A stretch of DNA of 64,000 bases from an uncultured Azospirillaceae bacterium (GTDB lineage Bacteria > Pseudomonadota > Alphaproteobacteria > Rickettsiales > UBA3002). The notes under the pieces were generated by a model that saw only the letters and a list, made by a program, of their open reading frames with translations, was not told where the DNA came from and searched no databases. A program made the translations under genes and the position numbers. The stretch is taken from positions 126 through 64,125 of the forward strand of contig CAZMBI010000005.1 of assembly GCA_964564675.1 (NCBI GenBank), written 5' to 3'. Positions 21,233 through 30,292 of this stretch are shown here, piece after piece (positions within the stretch are counted from its first letter, which is position 1; every line of letters starts with the position of its first letter).

Positions 21233-23995
21233 CTAATACAGCCCGCCCGTGCCTTGTGAGGCAGAAGTGTTGGGATTATAGCCGGGTTCGCTGCGCAGCG
21301 GCGGCCCCGGCTGATACTGCGAATTCGGCTGCTGCGCAATCGGCGTACGTGGCATCATCGGCATTTGCGTCGGATCAAATCCTGCCGGGTTGTTGCTTGG
21401 GCCTATCCGCGCTTCGGCCGGCCGCCCACTCGGTGCCCCTTGTCTTTCCTGCGCCTGTTGACGACGGCGATAATCCTGCCACTGCGCCTTTTGCGGCGAC
21501 ATGTAATAATCCGTGTCCTCCCAGCCGGCATAGGGATCAAAGCCTTCTTGCACCTTGTCATAATTTTCCATAATGGCCGCCTGCGAATCGGCCTCGCTAC
21601 CGGTTTTGGCCTCTGCCAGCGTAGAGGCCGGGCGATAAATCGGCCCGCCCACGGCAAAGGCTTCGGTAATCGTCTTACCGGCGCCGGGCATGCCCGGCTG
21701 CGGCGGCAGACCGGTCGCGCGGTCCACCTCTACCATCATAATGCCTGGTGGTGTGCGGAACGGGGTGGCCGGTTCATCGGCCAGAGCGCTTTGCATAAAG
21801 TCGATAAAGGCAGGCAGGGCGACGCGGCTGCCGGTTTGTTTACGCCCCAGCGTTTTCGGCTGGTCATAGCCGATATACACTCCGGCCACAAGGTCGGGAG
21901 AAAAGCCGATAAACCAGACATCGCGGCTGTCATTCGTGGTTCCGGTTTTGCCGGCCAACGGTTTGCCAATCTTACGCGCACGCACCGCTGTACCGCGCTT
22001 GACCACGCCTTCCAAAATCGAGGTCATCTGATAGGCCACGCGCGGATCAATCACTACATTCCGGTCATCTTCGATTATCGGCGGGTTATTAATCGCCACC
22101 GCCGAGCTGGGATTAACATCGCAGCCGATGCATTCGCGCGTATCGCGGCGGAAAACGATATTCCCCTCGCGATCGTCAATGCGTTCGATCAGCGACGCTT
22201 TCACCTCACGTCCGCCGTTGGCGATCATGGCATAGGCGGTGACCATATCCAGCAGAGTGGTTTCATACGCACCCAGCACCATCGAATAGTTACGCGGCAC
22301 GCCGCTGTCATAAATGCCCAGCCGTTGCGCCACATCCACCACGCGGTTAATCCCCAGAATTTTCGCCAGCCGTACGGTCATTGTGTTGCGCGATTTTTCC
22401 AGCCCCACCCGCAGCGTCGTCGGCCCCAGAAAATCACCACCGTAATTTTGCGGTTTCCATATGGGCAGCCCCGGCCCCTGCTCGATTTCAATTGGCTCGT
22501 CGAGAATGATCGTCGAGGGAGTAAAGCCGCTTTCAAGCGCCGTGAGATAGACAAACGGTTTAAACGCCGAACCCGGCTGGCGCCTGGCCTGCGTGGCGCG
22601 GTTGAACTCGCTGCCCTCATAGCTGTATCCGCCGGACATCGCCAGCACACGACCGGTATGCGGATCCATCACCACCAGCGCACCGTTGACTTCCGGCACC
22701 TGATGCAGGGCGTATTGCTTTGCCTCCCCGTCCAGCGGGGTGACGATAATGATATCGCCTGGGCTGAGCACGTCGCTTACCTTGTTGACCGGCTTGCCGC
22801 GGCGCTGACCTTTCAGATCCTCGCGCGCCCATTTCAGCTCCTTGAGCGCAATCGTGCCCTTGGCGCCGCTGGGCAGACCAATGGTGGCGTCCCGGGGGGT
22901 TGTTTCCAGCACGGCGGCAAATTGTTGTTTTCCATACAGCGGCACATCATCGATATCCGCCGCAGCATCCAGCAGGCGCTCTTCCCAGTTGTCGGCGGCC
23001 TCCAGCTGCATCAGCGGCCCACGATAACCATAGCGCCGGTCATAATCGATCAACGCCTGGCGCAGCGCCGCATCGGCCATTTGCTGTGCCGGCGGGTCAA
23101 CCGTGGTTTTCACCGTCAGCCCACCTTCATACAACACGCCCGAGCCATACATGTCGGCAAGCGTTCGCCGCGCTTCCTCGGCGAAAAAATCGGCGCGGGT
23201 GATTTCGTCGCTGGCCCGCTCTTCCAGCGCGATCGGCGCGGTGGATGCGCGCGAGGCTTCGAGTGCGTCGATATACCCGTCATCCAGCATGCGTCCGATC
23301 ACGTAATTGCGCCGCTTCTGCGCCGCCTCGTAATTGGTGAGCGGGTTATAGCGGCTGGGCGCTTTCGGCATCGCCGCCAGCAGGGCCGCCTCTTCGGTGG
23401 AAAGTTCATTCAGCGGTTTATTAAAATAGTTCAACGCCGCCGCCGCCACGCCATACGAACCATAGCCGAGATAAATTTCATTGAGATACAGTTCTAAAAT
23501 CTTTTCTTTGGTGTAAATATGGCTGATGCGGTACGCGAGGATGGCTTCCTTGATCTTACGTTCCAGCGTTTTTTCATTAGATAACAGGAAGTTCTTTACC
23601 ACTTGCTGGGTGATCGTTGAACCGCCTACCATTGAGCGCCCGCTGCCGTAATTGGTGATATTTTCAATCACCGCGCGCGCGATGCCGAAGATATCGATCC
23701 CCTGGTGCGAATAGAAGTTCTTGTCTTCCGCGGCGATGAACGCTTCCACCACGCGGCGCGGAATCGCTTTGTAGGGCACGAAGATACGCTTTTCCCTGGC
23801 ATATTCGGCCAACAGGCTACCGTCTCCGGCATAAAGCCGGGTGACCACCGGCGGCGAATATTCCGCCAGTTTCTCAAATGAGGGCAGATCTTTGCTGTAA
23901 TGGTGAAAGAGCAGGGCTACGGCAATAAAACCGAAGATGCCAGCCATCATTATCGAGGCGCCCGCCCAGGCCACAAATTTTCCGATGCGCTTCAT
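21233..23995 (-). CDS. mrcA: Penicillin-binding protein 1A (bifunctional glycosyltransferase/transpeptidase) with a Pro/Gln-rich C-terminal tail
   Basis: GT51 motifs (EDKNFYSHQGID, GGSTITQQ, RKIKE) and TPase motifs (SAFKP, SRN, KTGT). Roughly the last 100 aa are low complexity. Confidence 0.94.
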   Translation of the reverse strand: MKRIGKFVAWAGASIMMAGIFGFIAVALLFHHYSKDLPSFEKLAEYSPPVVTRLYAGDGSLLAEYAREKRIFVPYKAIPRRVVEAFIAAEDKNFYSHQGIDIFGIARAVIENITNYGSGRSMVGGSTITQQVVKNFLLSNEKTLERKIKEAILAYRISHIYTKEKILELYLNEIYLGYGSYGVAAAALNYFNKPLNELSTEEAALLAAMPKAPSRYNPLTNYEAAQKRRNYVIGRMLDDGYIDALEASRASTAPIALEERASDEITRADFFAEEARRTLADMYGSGVLYEGGLTVKTTVDPPAQQMADAALRQALIDYDRRYGYRGPLMQLEAADNWEERLLDAAADIDDVPLYGKQQFAAVLETTPRDATIGLPSGAKGTIALKELKWAREDLKGQRRGKPVNKVSDVLSPGDIIIVTPLDGEAKQYALHQVPEVNGALVVMDPHTGRVLAMSGGYSYEGSEFNRATQARRQPGSAFKPFVYLTALESGFTPSTIILDEPIEIEQGPGLPIWKPQNYGGDFLGPTTLRVGLEKSRNTMTVRLAKILGINRVVDVAQRLGIYDSGVPRNYSMVLGAYETTLLDMVTAYAMIANGGREVKASLIERIDDREGNIVFRRDTRECIGCDVNPSSAVAINNPPIIEDDRNVVIDPRVAYQMTSILEGVVKRGTAVRARKIGKPLAGKTGTTNDSRDVWFIGFSPDLVAGVYIGYDQPKTLGRKQTGSRVALPAFIDFMQSALADEPATPFRTPPGIMMVEVDRATGLPPQPGMPGAGKTITEAFAVGGPIYRPASTLAEAKTGSEADSQAAIMENYDKVQEGFDPYAGWEDTDYYMSPQKAQWQDYRRRQQAQERQGAPSGRPAEARIGPSNNPAGFDPTQMPMMPRTPIAQQPNSQYQPGPPLRSEPGYNPNTSASQGTGGLY

Positions 23996-24049
23996 GTGAA
24001 TTGCATACTAGCATGCTCCTGTCGCCCTGCGAAGGGGCGATCGTGCATT

Positions 24050-25975
24050 TTACCAACCTAAAATATCGAATAATTTTTCAAACACTGATCGGGTTTTCGC
24101 TTCAGCCTCATGAGGCGGCGCGGGCACGGTCTGATTAGGTTGCTCAGGCATTGCCTCGTTGTTTTCGGGCATTTCCTTTAGGTTAGTGACCAACGTATCG
24201 GGGTCGATCCCCTGCTCGCGCAGCTCGGCCCGTTTATTAATTTCCACCACGAATTTGGCCGGCGGCATGGTGTCGAACGCGAAGGGCCCTAAATCTTCAA
24301 ACTCCAGATTGGGGCCGCCGCGCAGCAGAAAATTATCCATATGCGCCCAGTTATATTCGTCGGCATGCACGTAGTCATGAAATTTTTCACCTAGGGTGCC
24401 GGGTTCCTCGTCCGGCCAGTCCTGATAGTAGGTATTGAACAGATCGTTCAGGTTGCGCCCCTTATAGAAAGATTTAAAGGCTTTCGTATGGTGCAACATG
24501 AATTCCTTAATGGTCGCATTCCATTCCTGATCGAGCGCGTCCTGCAACTGCGTTGTAAAGATGATATTAATCATGTAATTAATACCCTCCTGATCGATAC
24601 CGACCGGGCGCGTGGCCAGCGATACCACGGTCTCAGGCGGGATCTGGTAGCCTTCAACCTCCATCATCACATCCGAATAGCTCGCATAATGCCCGCTGGA
24701 CAGATAATGAATCAGATAAGGGTTAAGCTCGATTGCCCGCCCCTTTGCATCCACCCAGGTCCTATCCCAGATAACGGACTGATCATTAAGCAGGGTGATA
24801 CGATAGCCGGTTTGCCACGCGCCGACGCTGGTATTGGTGCGTTTACGCCCCCGCCAGTAGGCATCAATCGCATCGAGCAGGCTGCGCGTGACCTTATCCT
24901 GATATTCCCGGCTTTGCAGGCGGCGCTCATCATCGCGATTGGATAAAAACCCGACCTCCACCAGCACGGACGGAATATCCGGAGCTTTCAATACGCGAAA
25001 CCCGGCAAAGCGGTGCGTGTTGCTCAAAAGCGGGACTTTGGGGTCCATATTGGCGATGATTAATTCGGCAAACTCCGAACCTTTGTTGCGCGTTTCGCGC
25101 TGCGCCAGATCGAGCAGGATGGTAGCGACTTCCTTATCCTCCACCGCCAGATCGATGCCGCCGATCACATCCGCGCGGTTTTCCTGCGCCGCCAGTGCGG
25201 CGGTTTCGGCATCGGAGGCTTCTTCTGAAAGCGTATAGACGGAAAAACCGCGTGCCGTGCGGTTGGGGTTCGAATCCGCATGCAGCGAGATAAACATATC
25301 CGCATTATGTTTACGGGCTACATTAACCCGCTCTTGCAACAACAAATAGCGGTTATCGGTACGGGTGAGCTTGACGCGGTAACGCCCGCTGCTGCGCAGG
25401 GCATCGCGCAGCTTTTTGGCATAGCGCAGCGTGATATGCTTTTCCTTAATGCCCGATGCGCCAATCGCCCCGCTATCCTTGCCGCCATGGCCGGGATCGA
25501 TCACGATCAACGGCTTGAGCGCATGGCGGGCCTGCTGTTTGGGCTTGGCCGCCGGCACCGGCGTCGCTGCACCCACTTGAGAAGGCCCATCATAATCCAG
25601 CGTGATGCCAAGCCGTGGGGGGCTTTTCCCCACCGTAACCGTTGGTGGCGGCACCGATGCGTTCAAATCGAGCACGATGCGAGAGATACCGGGTTCCGGC
25701 TTGCCGTAGCGGATATCGCGCAGCAGCCTGCCGCTGTAATCCGGACTTAGCCCAACGCCCCTGCCGCTTTCAATGGCGTGCAGATCGACTACGAAACGTC
25801 GCGGCTTTTGCAAGGCGAACTGGTCGACGGGGGTAACCGGGCGATCAAAAAAGATCACGACCTGCTCACTGCCACTGCTGACTTCCACCTGTGTTTTCAG
25901 CGCATTGGCCGCCCAGACGCTGTTGGCGCCAAACCAGCACATCACACCGATTATTATCGCCAGCATTGTTCGCAT
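24050..25975 (-). CDS. amiC: N-acetylmuramoyl-L-alanine amidase (AMIN + Amidase_3, AmiC type) fused to a ~265-aa C-terminal domain of unknown function
   Basis: Signal peptide (MRTMLAIIIGVMCWFGANSVWA), an AMIN-like beta domain, and an Amidase_3 core (VIDPGHGGKDSGA...ISLHADS...VLVEVGFLSN). The ORF then continues without a stop for about 265 more residues that match no family I recognise. Start trimmed from 26023 to 25975. Confidence 0.85.
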   Translation of the reverse strand: MRTMLAIIIGVMCWFGANSVWAANALKTQVEVSSGSEQVVIFFDRPVTPVDQFALQKPRRFVVDLHAIESGRGVGLSPDYSGRLLRDIRYGKPEPGISRIVLDLNASVPPPTVTVGKSPPRLGITLDYDGPSQVGAATPVPAAKPKQQARHALKPLIVIDPGHGGKDSGAIGASGIKEKHITLRYAKKLRDALRSSGRYRVKLTRTDNRYLLLQERVNVARKHNADMFISLHADSNPNRTARGFSVYTLSEEASDAETAALAAQENRADVIGGIDLAVEDKEVATILLDLAQRETRNKGSEFAELIIANMDPKVPLLSNTHRFAGFRVLKAPDIPSVLVEVGFLSNRDDERRLQSREYQDKVTRSLLDAIDAYWRGRKRTNTSVGAWQTGYRITLLNDQSVIWDRTWVDAKGRAIELNPYLIHYLSSGHYASYSDVMMEVEGYQIPPETVVSLATRPVGIDQEGINYMINIIFTTQLQDALDQEWNATIKEFMLHHTKAFKSFYKGRNLNDLFNTYYQDWPDEEPGTLGEKFHDYVHADEYNWAHMDNFLLRGGPNLEFEDLGPFAFDTMPPAKFVVEINKRAELREQGIDPDTLVTNLKEMPENNEAMPEQPNQTVPAPPHEAEAKTRSVFEKLFDILGW

Positions 25976-26431
25976 GGGTTCCATTAAAAACGGGAACCAG
26001 CCTGAATTGCAACGGCCATCCACGACTTATGCCCGATGATTTTAATGATGGACATGGGCCGCAGGTCGGGTATAGTAAGTATGATGCCAAAAAAAAGCAT
26101 TGGCAGAGTGTTTTGAAAATATCGCCGGATGGCGCTAACAACCCGATTGAAACCCGTAGCCCGTCGGCCTGAATTGAGATTAACGAAACAACGGTAGCGC
26201 TTGTCGCACGCTCGATATATGAATATGAGAAATAGCACGACGATGATGCCAGCAGCACCTCTACCGCAATTCCAGCAATCCCCTGATTGTGCCGGCGTAT
26301 CGCCTGGCTGCGGAAAGGCTAGTGCATGGCTGTCATACCCTCCTTATCTGTCTATCCTCTCATGTCATACCCGATAACCGGGGCATAACTGAGCGTTCGC
26401 CAGGGCTACTTCAATAGAAGGAGCCACATTC

Positions 26432-28966
26432 ATGACAAAACGCATGTTGATCGACGCCCTGCACACGGGCGAAACCCGCATGGTCATTGCAGAAGATGAA
26501 TTCATCGAGGATTTTGACTTTGTTACCAGTTCCAAACAGCAGTTGAAGGGCAATATCTATCTTGCCAAAATCACCCGGGTTGAACCCTCTCTGCAGGCGG
26601 CATTCGTCGAATATGGAGGCAATAAGCAGGGGTTTTTACCCTTTTCGGAGATTCATCCGGACTATTACCAGATTCCGGTGGAGGACCGCAAAAAGCTGAT
26701 CGAGGAAGAAGCCGAGGAAACCGCGCGCGAGGAAGCCGCAGAGGAAGAGGCGATAGAACAGCGTGAGTCACGCAAGGGCCGCGATGAGCAAAAAGGTGGG
26801 CGCGGCCGCCGCGGGCGTTATGGCCGCCGCCGCCGCAGCCGTCGCGACGGGGAAAACCGTGACGAGGAAAGCTCGGCCGAGGCCACCGCCACGGCGGACG
26901 AAAATCCCGATAACCAGAACCCCTACACCGACGCGGATGACCCGAACAAAACCGAGTATCAGGCAACTGCGGCCGTCAGTCAGGAAACGCGATCGGAACC
27001 AATCGGCGAAGGCAACGAAACCGCCGGCATACAAGCCAGCAATGAGCCGGAAGAGGCCGCCGCCGAGGAGGAAGAGCGAATCGAGACCGTCAGCGACGAC
27101 GATATGGAAGAAACGCGTACGCGCCGCAAAGGCAAATCGTTTAAGCGCTATCGCATCCAGGAGGTCATCAAGCGCAATCAGGTGGTGCTTGTGCAGGTTA
27201 TCAAGGAGGAGCGCGGCAATAAAGGCGTATCGCTGACCACCTATATCTCGCTGGCCGGGCGCTACTGCGTGCTGATGCCGAATTCGCCGAAAGCCGGCGG
27301 CGTATCGCGCAAAATCGCCAACGGCGACCAGCGCCGCAAACTGAAGGACATGGTGGCCGAGCTGCGCAAAAAACGCGGTTTGAGCGCCATCATCCGCACG
27401 GCGGGCATTGACCGGACGCGCGCCGAGATCAAGCGCGACTATGAATATCTCGTCAAGCTCTGGCAGCAAATCCGTGAAGACACGCTGGCTTCCACCGCCC
27501 CCGCCCTGATTTATCAAGAAAGCGACATCATCAAACGCGCTATCCGCGACCTGTATACCAACGATATCGAACAGGTGCTGGTGCAGGGTGAGCAGGCATA
27601 TAAAGACGCCAAGGGCTTCATGAAGCTGATCATGCCGTCGCACGCGCCACGGGTAAAGCATTACAAAGACCAGCTGCCGATTTTTTCCACTTACGGCATC
27701 GAGGAACAGCTGGATAGTATGTATGAGGCCAGCGCGAAACTGTCTTCCGGCGGCTATATCGTCTTACACCCTACCGAGGCGCTGATTTCCATCGATGTCA
27801 ACTCGGGCCGCTCTACTACCGAGCGCAATGTGGAGGAAACAGCGATTAAAACCAATCTCGAGGCCGCTAAAGAGATTGCCCGTCAGTTGCGCCTGCGCGA
27901 TCTGGCAGGGCTGATCGTTATCGACTTTATCGATATGTATTACGGCCGCAATCGCCGCAGTCTGGAAAAGGCCATGCGCGAGGCGCTCAAGCATGACCGC
28001 GCCAAGATTCAGATGAGCCGCATCAGCGCCTTCGGCCTGATGGAACTGTCGCGCCAGCGCCTGCGTCCGTCGATTGCCGAATCCAGCAGCGTCATATGTC
28101 CGCACTGCGAGGGTACGGGCAGCGTGCGCTCAGTGGAGACTATGGCCATCCAGATCATTCGCCTGCTGGAACGCGAGGCCGTCGCCGGCGAATATAGTGA
28201 GTTAAAAGTCTTAACCAGTCCGGACGCGGTGCTGCACCTGTTCAACTATAAACGCGACATGATCCGTTCGATTGAGGAACAATATGAAATTCAGATCGTG
28301 CTGCAGATCGACCCGAGCCTGCTTGCCGGGCGCTTCCGCCTGGTAAAAATTACGCCCGATGGCAAGGAAATCGCCCATGAGGAAGAAAAAGACCGGGGCG
28401 GCAAGCGCAAAGGCCGTCGCGGCAAACGCGGCGGACGCAGCCGTCAAGAGGGTGGTGGCGAGCAAAAGGGAAAATCCGCCGACCAGACCGATCAGGAAAA
28501 CGAGGACGATGACAATCAGGCGGATGAGTTTACGCCGCGTGCCGGCAAGCGCCGTCGCAAAGTGGTGGATGACGCAGAAAGCGATGACGACACGGGTGAG
28601 GCCGGCGAGCAAAGCGATGATGACGCCTCACCCACCCCGCGCCGGCGGAGCAGCGGCAGTAAGAGTCGTGGCGGCCGCCAGCGCAGCAGCCGTAGCGGAC
28701 GCAAGTCAAAGGCCCAAAAAAGTGACGACGGCGAGGTGAAAACGCTGGATGGCGACGAGGTGGCCGCCACGGCCGATAACGATAACGAGCCCGAACCGGC
28801 AAACACACCAGCCACACCGGCTGTGGCCGTCAGCACCGCCAGTGATGAGCGTACGGCTAAGGAAGACGCAGTGCCTGAAGGCGTCATTATCGACAGCATG
28901 ACCAAGTCCGTGGTCGGAGAAGCGCCCGGCCGCCCCAAGCGCCGCGGCTGGTGGAACCGCAGTTAG
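26432..28966 (+). CDS. rne: Ribonuclease E
   Basis: MTKRMLIDA...S1 domain with an Arg-rich insertion, DNase I-like/Zn-link region (CPHCEGTG), and an Arg/Glu/Asp-rich disordered C-terminus. Preceded by an untranslated leader of about 400 nt (26024-26431). Confidence 0.95.
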   Translation: MTKRMLIDALHTGETRMVIAEDEFIEDFDFVTSSKQQLKGNIYLAKITRVEPSLQAAFVEYGGNKQGFLPFSEIHPDYYQIPVEDRKKLIEEEAEETAREEAAEEEAIEQRESRKGRDEQKGGRGRRGRYGRRRRSRRDGENRDEESSAEATATADENPDNQNPYTDADDPNKTEYQATAAVSQETRSEPIGEGNETAGIQASNEPEEAAAEEEERIETVSDDDMEETRTRRKGKSFKRYRIQEVIKRNQVVLVQVIKEERGNKGVSLTTYISLAGRYCVLMPNSPKAGGVSRKIANGDQRRKLKDMVAELRKKRGLSAIIRTAGIDRTRAEIKRDYEYLVKLWQQIREDTLASTAPALIYQESDIIKRAIRDLYTNDIEQVLVQGEQAYKDAKGFMKLIMPSHAPRVKHYKDQLPIFSTYGIEEQLDSMYEASAKLSSGGYIVLHPTEALISIDVNSGRSTTERNVEETAIKTNLEAAKEIARQLRLRDLAGLIVIDFIDMYYGRNRRSLEKAMREALKHDRAKIQMSRISAFGLMELSRQRLRPSIAESSSVICPHCEGTGSVRSVETMAIQIIRLLEREAVAGEYSELKVLTSPDAVLHLFNYKRDMIRSIEEQYEIQIVLQIDPSLLAGRFRLVKITPDGKEIAHEEEKDRGGKRKGRRGKRGGRSRQEGGGEQKGKSADQTDQENEDDDNQADEFTPRAGKRRRKVVDDAESDDDTGEAGEQSDDDASPTPRRRSSGSKSRGGRQRSSRSGRKSKAQKSDDGEVKTLDGDEVAATADNDNEPEPANTPATPAVAVSTASDERTAKEDAVPEGVIIDSMTKSVVGEAPGRPKRRGWWNRS

Positions 28967-28970
28967 TGCG

Positions 28971-29049
28971 GCGCGAACGCACGAAACGATAAGATGGCGA
29001 ACTGATGAAGACACGAAGGCCATTCATTCGTCATCTTGCGCGCGTTTTT
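28971..29049 (+). terminator. Compound hairpin plus T5 run downstream of rne (candidate terminator)
   Basis: Outer stem GCGCG (28971-75)/CGCGC (29039-43). Inner stem GATGA..CGAA (29004-17)/TTCG TCATC (29027-35). Followed by TTTTT (29045-49). Confidence 0.5.
28974..29017. repeat. Left arm: six 8-bp-phased [CT][GA]A[AG] (CGAA-type) units
   Basis: CGAA at 28974, 28982, 28998 and 29014. Degenerate TAAG at 28990 and TGAA at 29006. All six keep exact 8-bp spacing. Confidence 0.8.
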
Positions 29050-29111
29050 AGAAGCTTGTTGCGGGTAGCGATAGTGGGTTGAGTTCCCGTCAGTGTGGGC
29101 GAACATTCTGT

Positions 29112-29175
29112 TTCGTCAGTTCGTAACTTCGCAAATTCGTAGATTCGTACCTTCGTCAGTTCGTCTCTTCTTGCG
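29112..29175. repeat. Right arm: seven perfect plus one degenerate 8-bp-phased TTCG units
   Basis: TTCG at 29112, 29120, 29128, 29136, 29144, 29152 and 29160, and TTCT at 29168. The units are TTCGTCAG TTCGTAAC TTCGCAAA TTCGTAGA TTCGTACC TTCGTCAG TTCGTCTC TTCTTGCG. The last units overlap the stop and final codons of the minus-strand PstS-like gene. Confidence 0.85.
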
Positions 29176-30196
29176 CCATCGGCGTCAGCTTTGCTGCCAC
29201 GTCTTTAGTCGCCTGATGGCGTTTTTCTGGCAGGGGAATCAACCCCTTAAAGGTCAGGTACCCATCCTGGCCGATGGCAGCATCGCTGGTTAATTCTTTG
29301 GCGAAGGCTTTAAGGCCGGGAATCAACCCTTCATGCTGGTTTTTAACGTAGACATACATGCTGCGCGCAATACCGTACTGCCCATCGGCAATCGCCTCAA
29401 AGGTGGGCATCACCCCACCGACGGGGTTGGCTTTCACCAGCGAGGCGTTCTGGTCCAAAAAGCTAAAACCAAAAATCCCCAGCGCGTCGGCGTTACCGGT
29501 TAATTTCTGCACGATAAGGTTATCATTTTCCTTGGCTTCGATATATTTGCCATCCTCGCGCATCATCGTACATCGCCCCTTCAGGGCGTCTGAATCGCCA
29601 CTGCGCTCGCGCACGATATCAAACCCGTGGCACGCCTCTTCCATCACCATTTCCACGAACGCATCACGCGTGCCCGAGGTGGGCGGCGGGCCATAGACCG
29701 CAATTTCCAGATCAGGCAGCTGCGCATCGATCTGCTGCCAGTTGGTGTAGGGATTATCCACCCATTCACCGTCTTGGGGCACTTCACGCGCCAGCGCCAG
29801 AAACAGATGGGTTTTGCTCAACTGAAACTCGTGGCCTTCAATGGCATTGGCCAGCACGATACCGTCAAACCCGATGGGCAGTTCGCTGATGACATTGACG
29901 TCGTTTTGCTCACAGAGTGCTACTTCGCTGGCTTTAATCCGGCGCGAGGCGCTTGCCATATCGGGATAGCCTTCGCCCGCACCCTGGCAGAATTCCTTTA
30001 GCCCGCCGCCGGTGCCGGTGGCTTCCACGATCGGGGTGGCAAAGTCGGTTTTGCTGCCAAAGCGCTCGGCTACAGCCGCCACGAACGGAAAAACGGTGGA
30101 CGAACCGACCACTCGCAACTGATCGCGGGCGGCGGCGCTTTGAACTGTGAGCGCGCAACCAAGCGCGCAAGCGATTAACAGACGTAAAACAGACAT
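29156..30196 (-). CDS. PstS-family periplasmic phosphate-binding protein (stand-alone, no pstCAB nearby)
   Basis: Signal peptide MSVLRLLIACALGCALTVQSAAA, then LRVVGSSTVFPFVAAVAERF...ATGTGGGLKEFC, typical of the PBP-like_2/PstS family. GGAGG RBS upstream of the ATG at 30196. Confidence 0.75.
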   Translation of the reverse strand: MSVLRLLIACALGCALTVQSAAARDQLRVVGSSTVFPFVAAVAERFGSKTDFATPIVEATGTGGGLKEFCQGAGEGYPDMASASRRIKASEVALCEQNDVNVISELPIGFDGIVLANAIEGHEFQLSKTHLFLALAREVPQDGEWVDNPYTNWQQIDAQLPDLEIAVYGPPPTSGTRDAFVEMVMEEACHGFDIVRERSGDSDALKGRCTMMREDGKYIEAKENDNLIVQKLTGNADALGIFGFSFLDQNASLVKANPVGGVMPTFEAIADGQYGIARSMYVYVKNQHEGLIPGLKAFAKELTSDAAIGQDGYLTFKGLIPLPEKRHQATKDVAAKLTPMAQEETN

Positions 30197-30292
30197 AATT
30201 CCCTCCCAGCTGATTACAGCGTCAGAGTATGCACAAAGCAACAAATGTCAAGGTAATGTAGGATATGGCTGAATGATAAGCAAATGAGAGGG

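Noticed and set aside
21365-23497. 710-aa ORF on the plus strand
   Set aside because: It lies entirely antisense to the well-supported PBP1A gene. Its translation is Arg/Gly/His/Pro-rich low-complexity sequence typical of the mirror frame of a GC-rich gene. It has no RBS and no recognisable domain.
26768-27661. 297-aa minus-strand ORF (also 28211-28612, 28516-28938 and several plus-strand alternative frames)
   Set aside because: These are antisense or alternative frames within the Arg/Glu-rich repetitive parts of rne. Open frames of this kind are expected from the compositional bias.
28974-29175. CRISPR array or iteron-type origin as an explanation for the phased repeats
   Set aside because: The units are only 8 bp long, with no unique spacers of CRISPR size, no cas genes and no rep or dnaA-box context. 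The element is reported instead as an unexplained phased inverted array.
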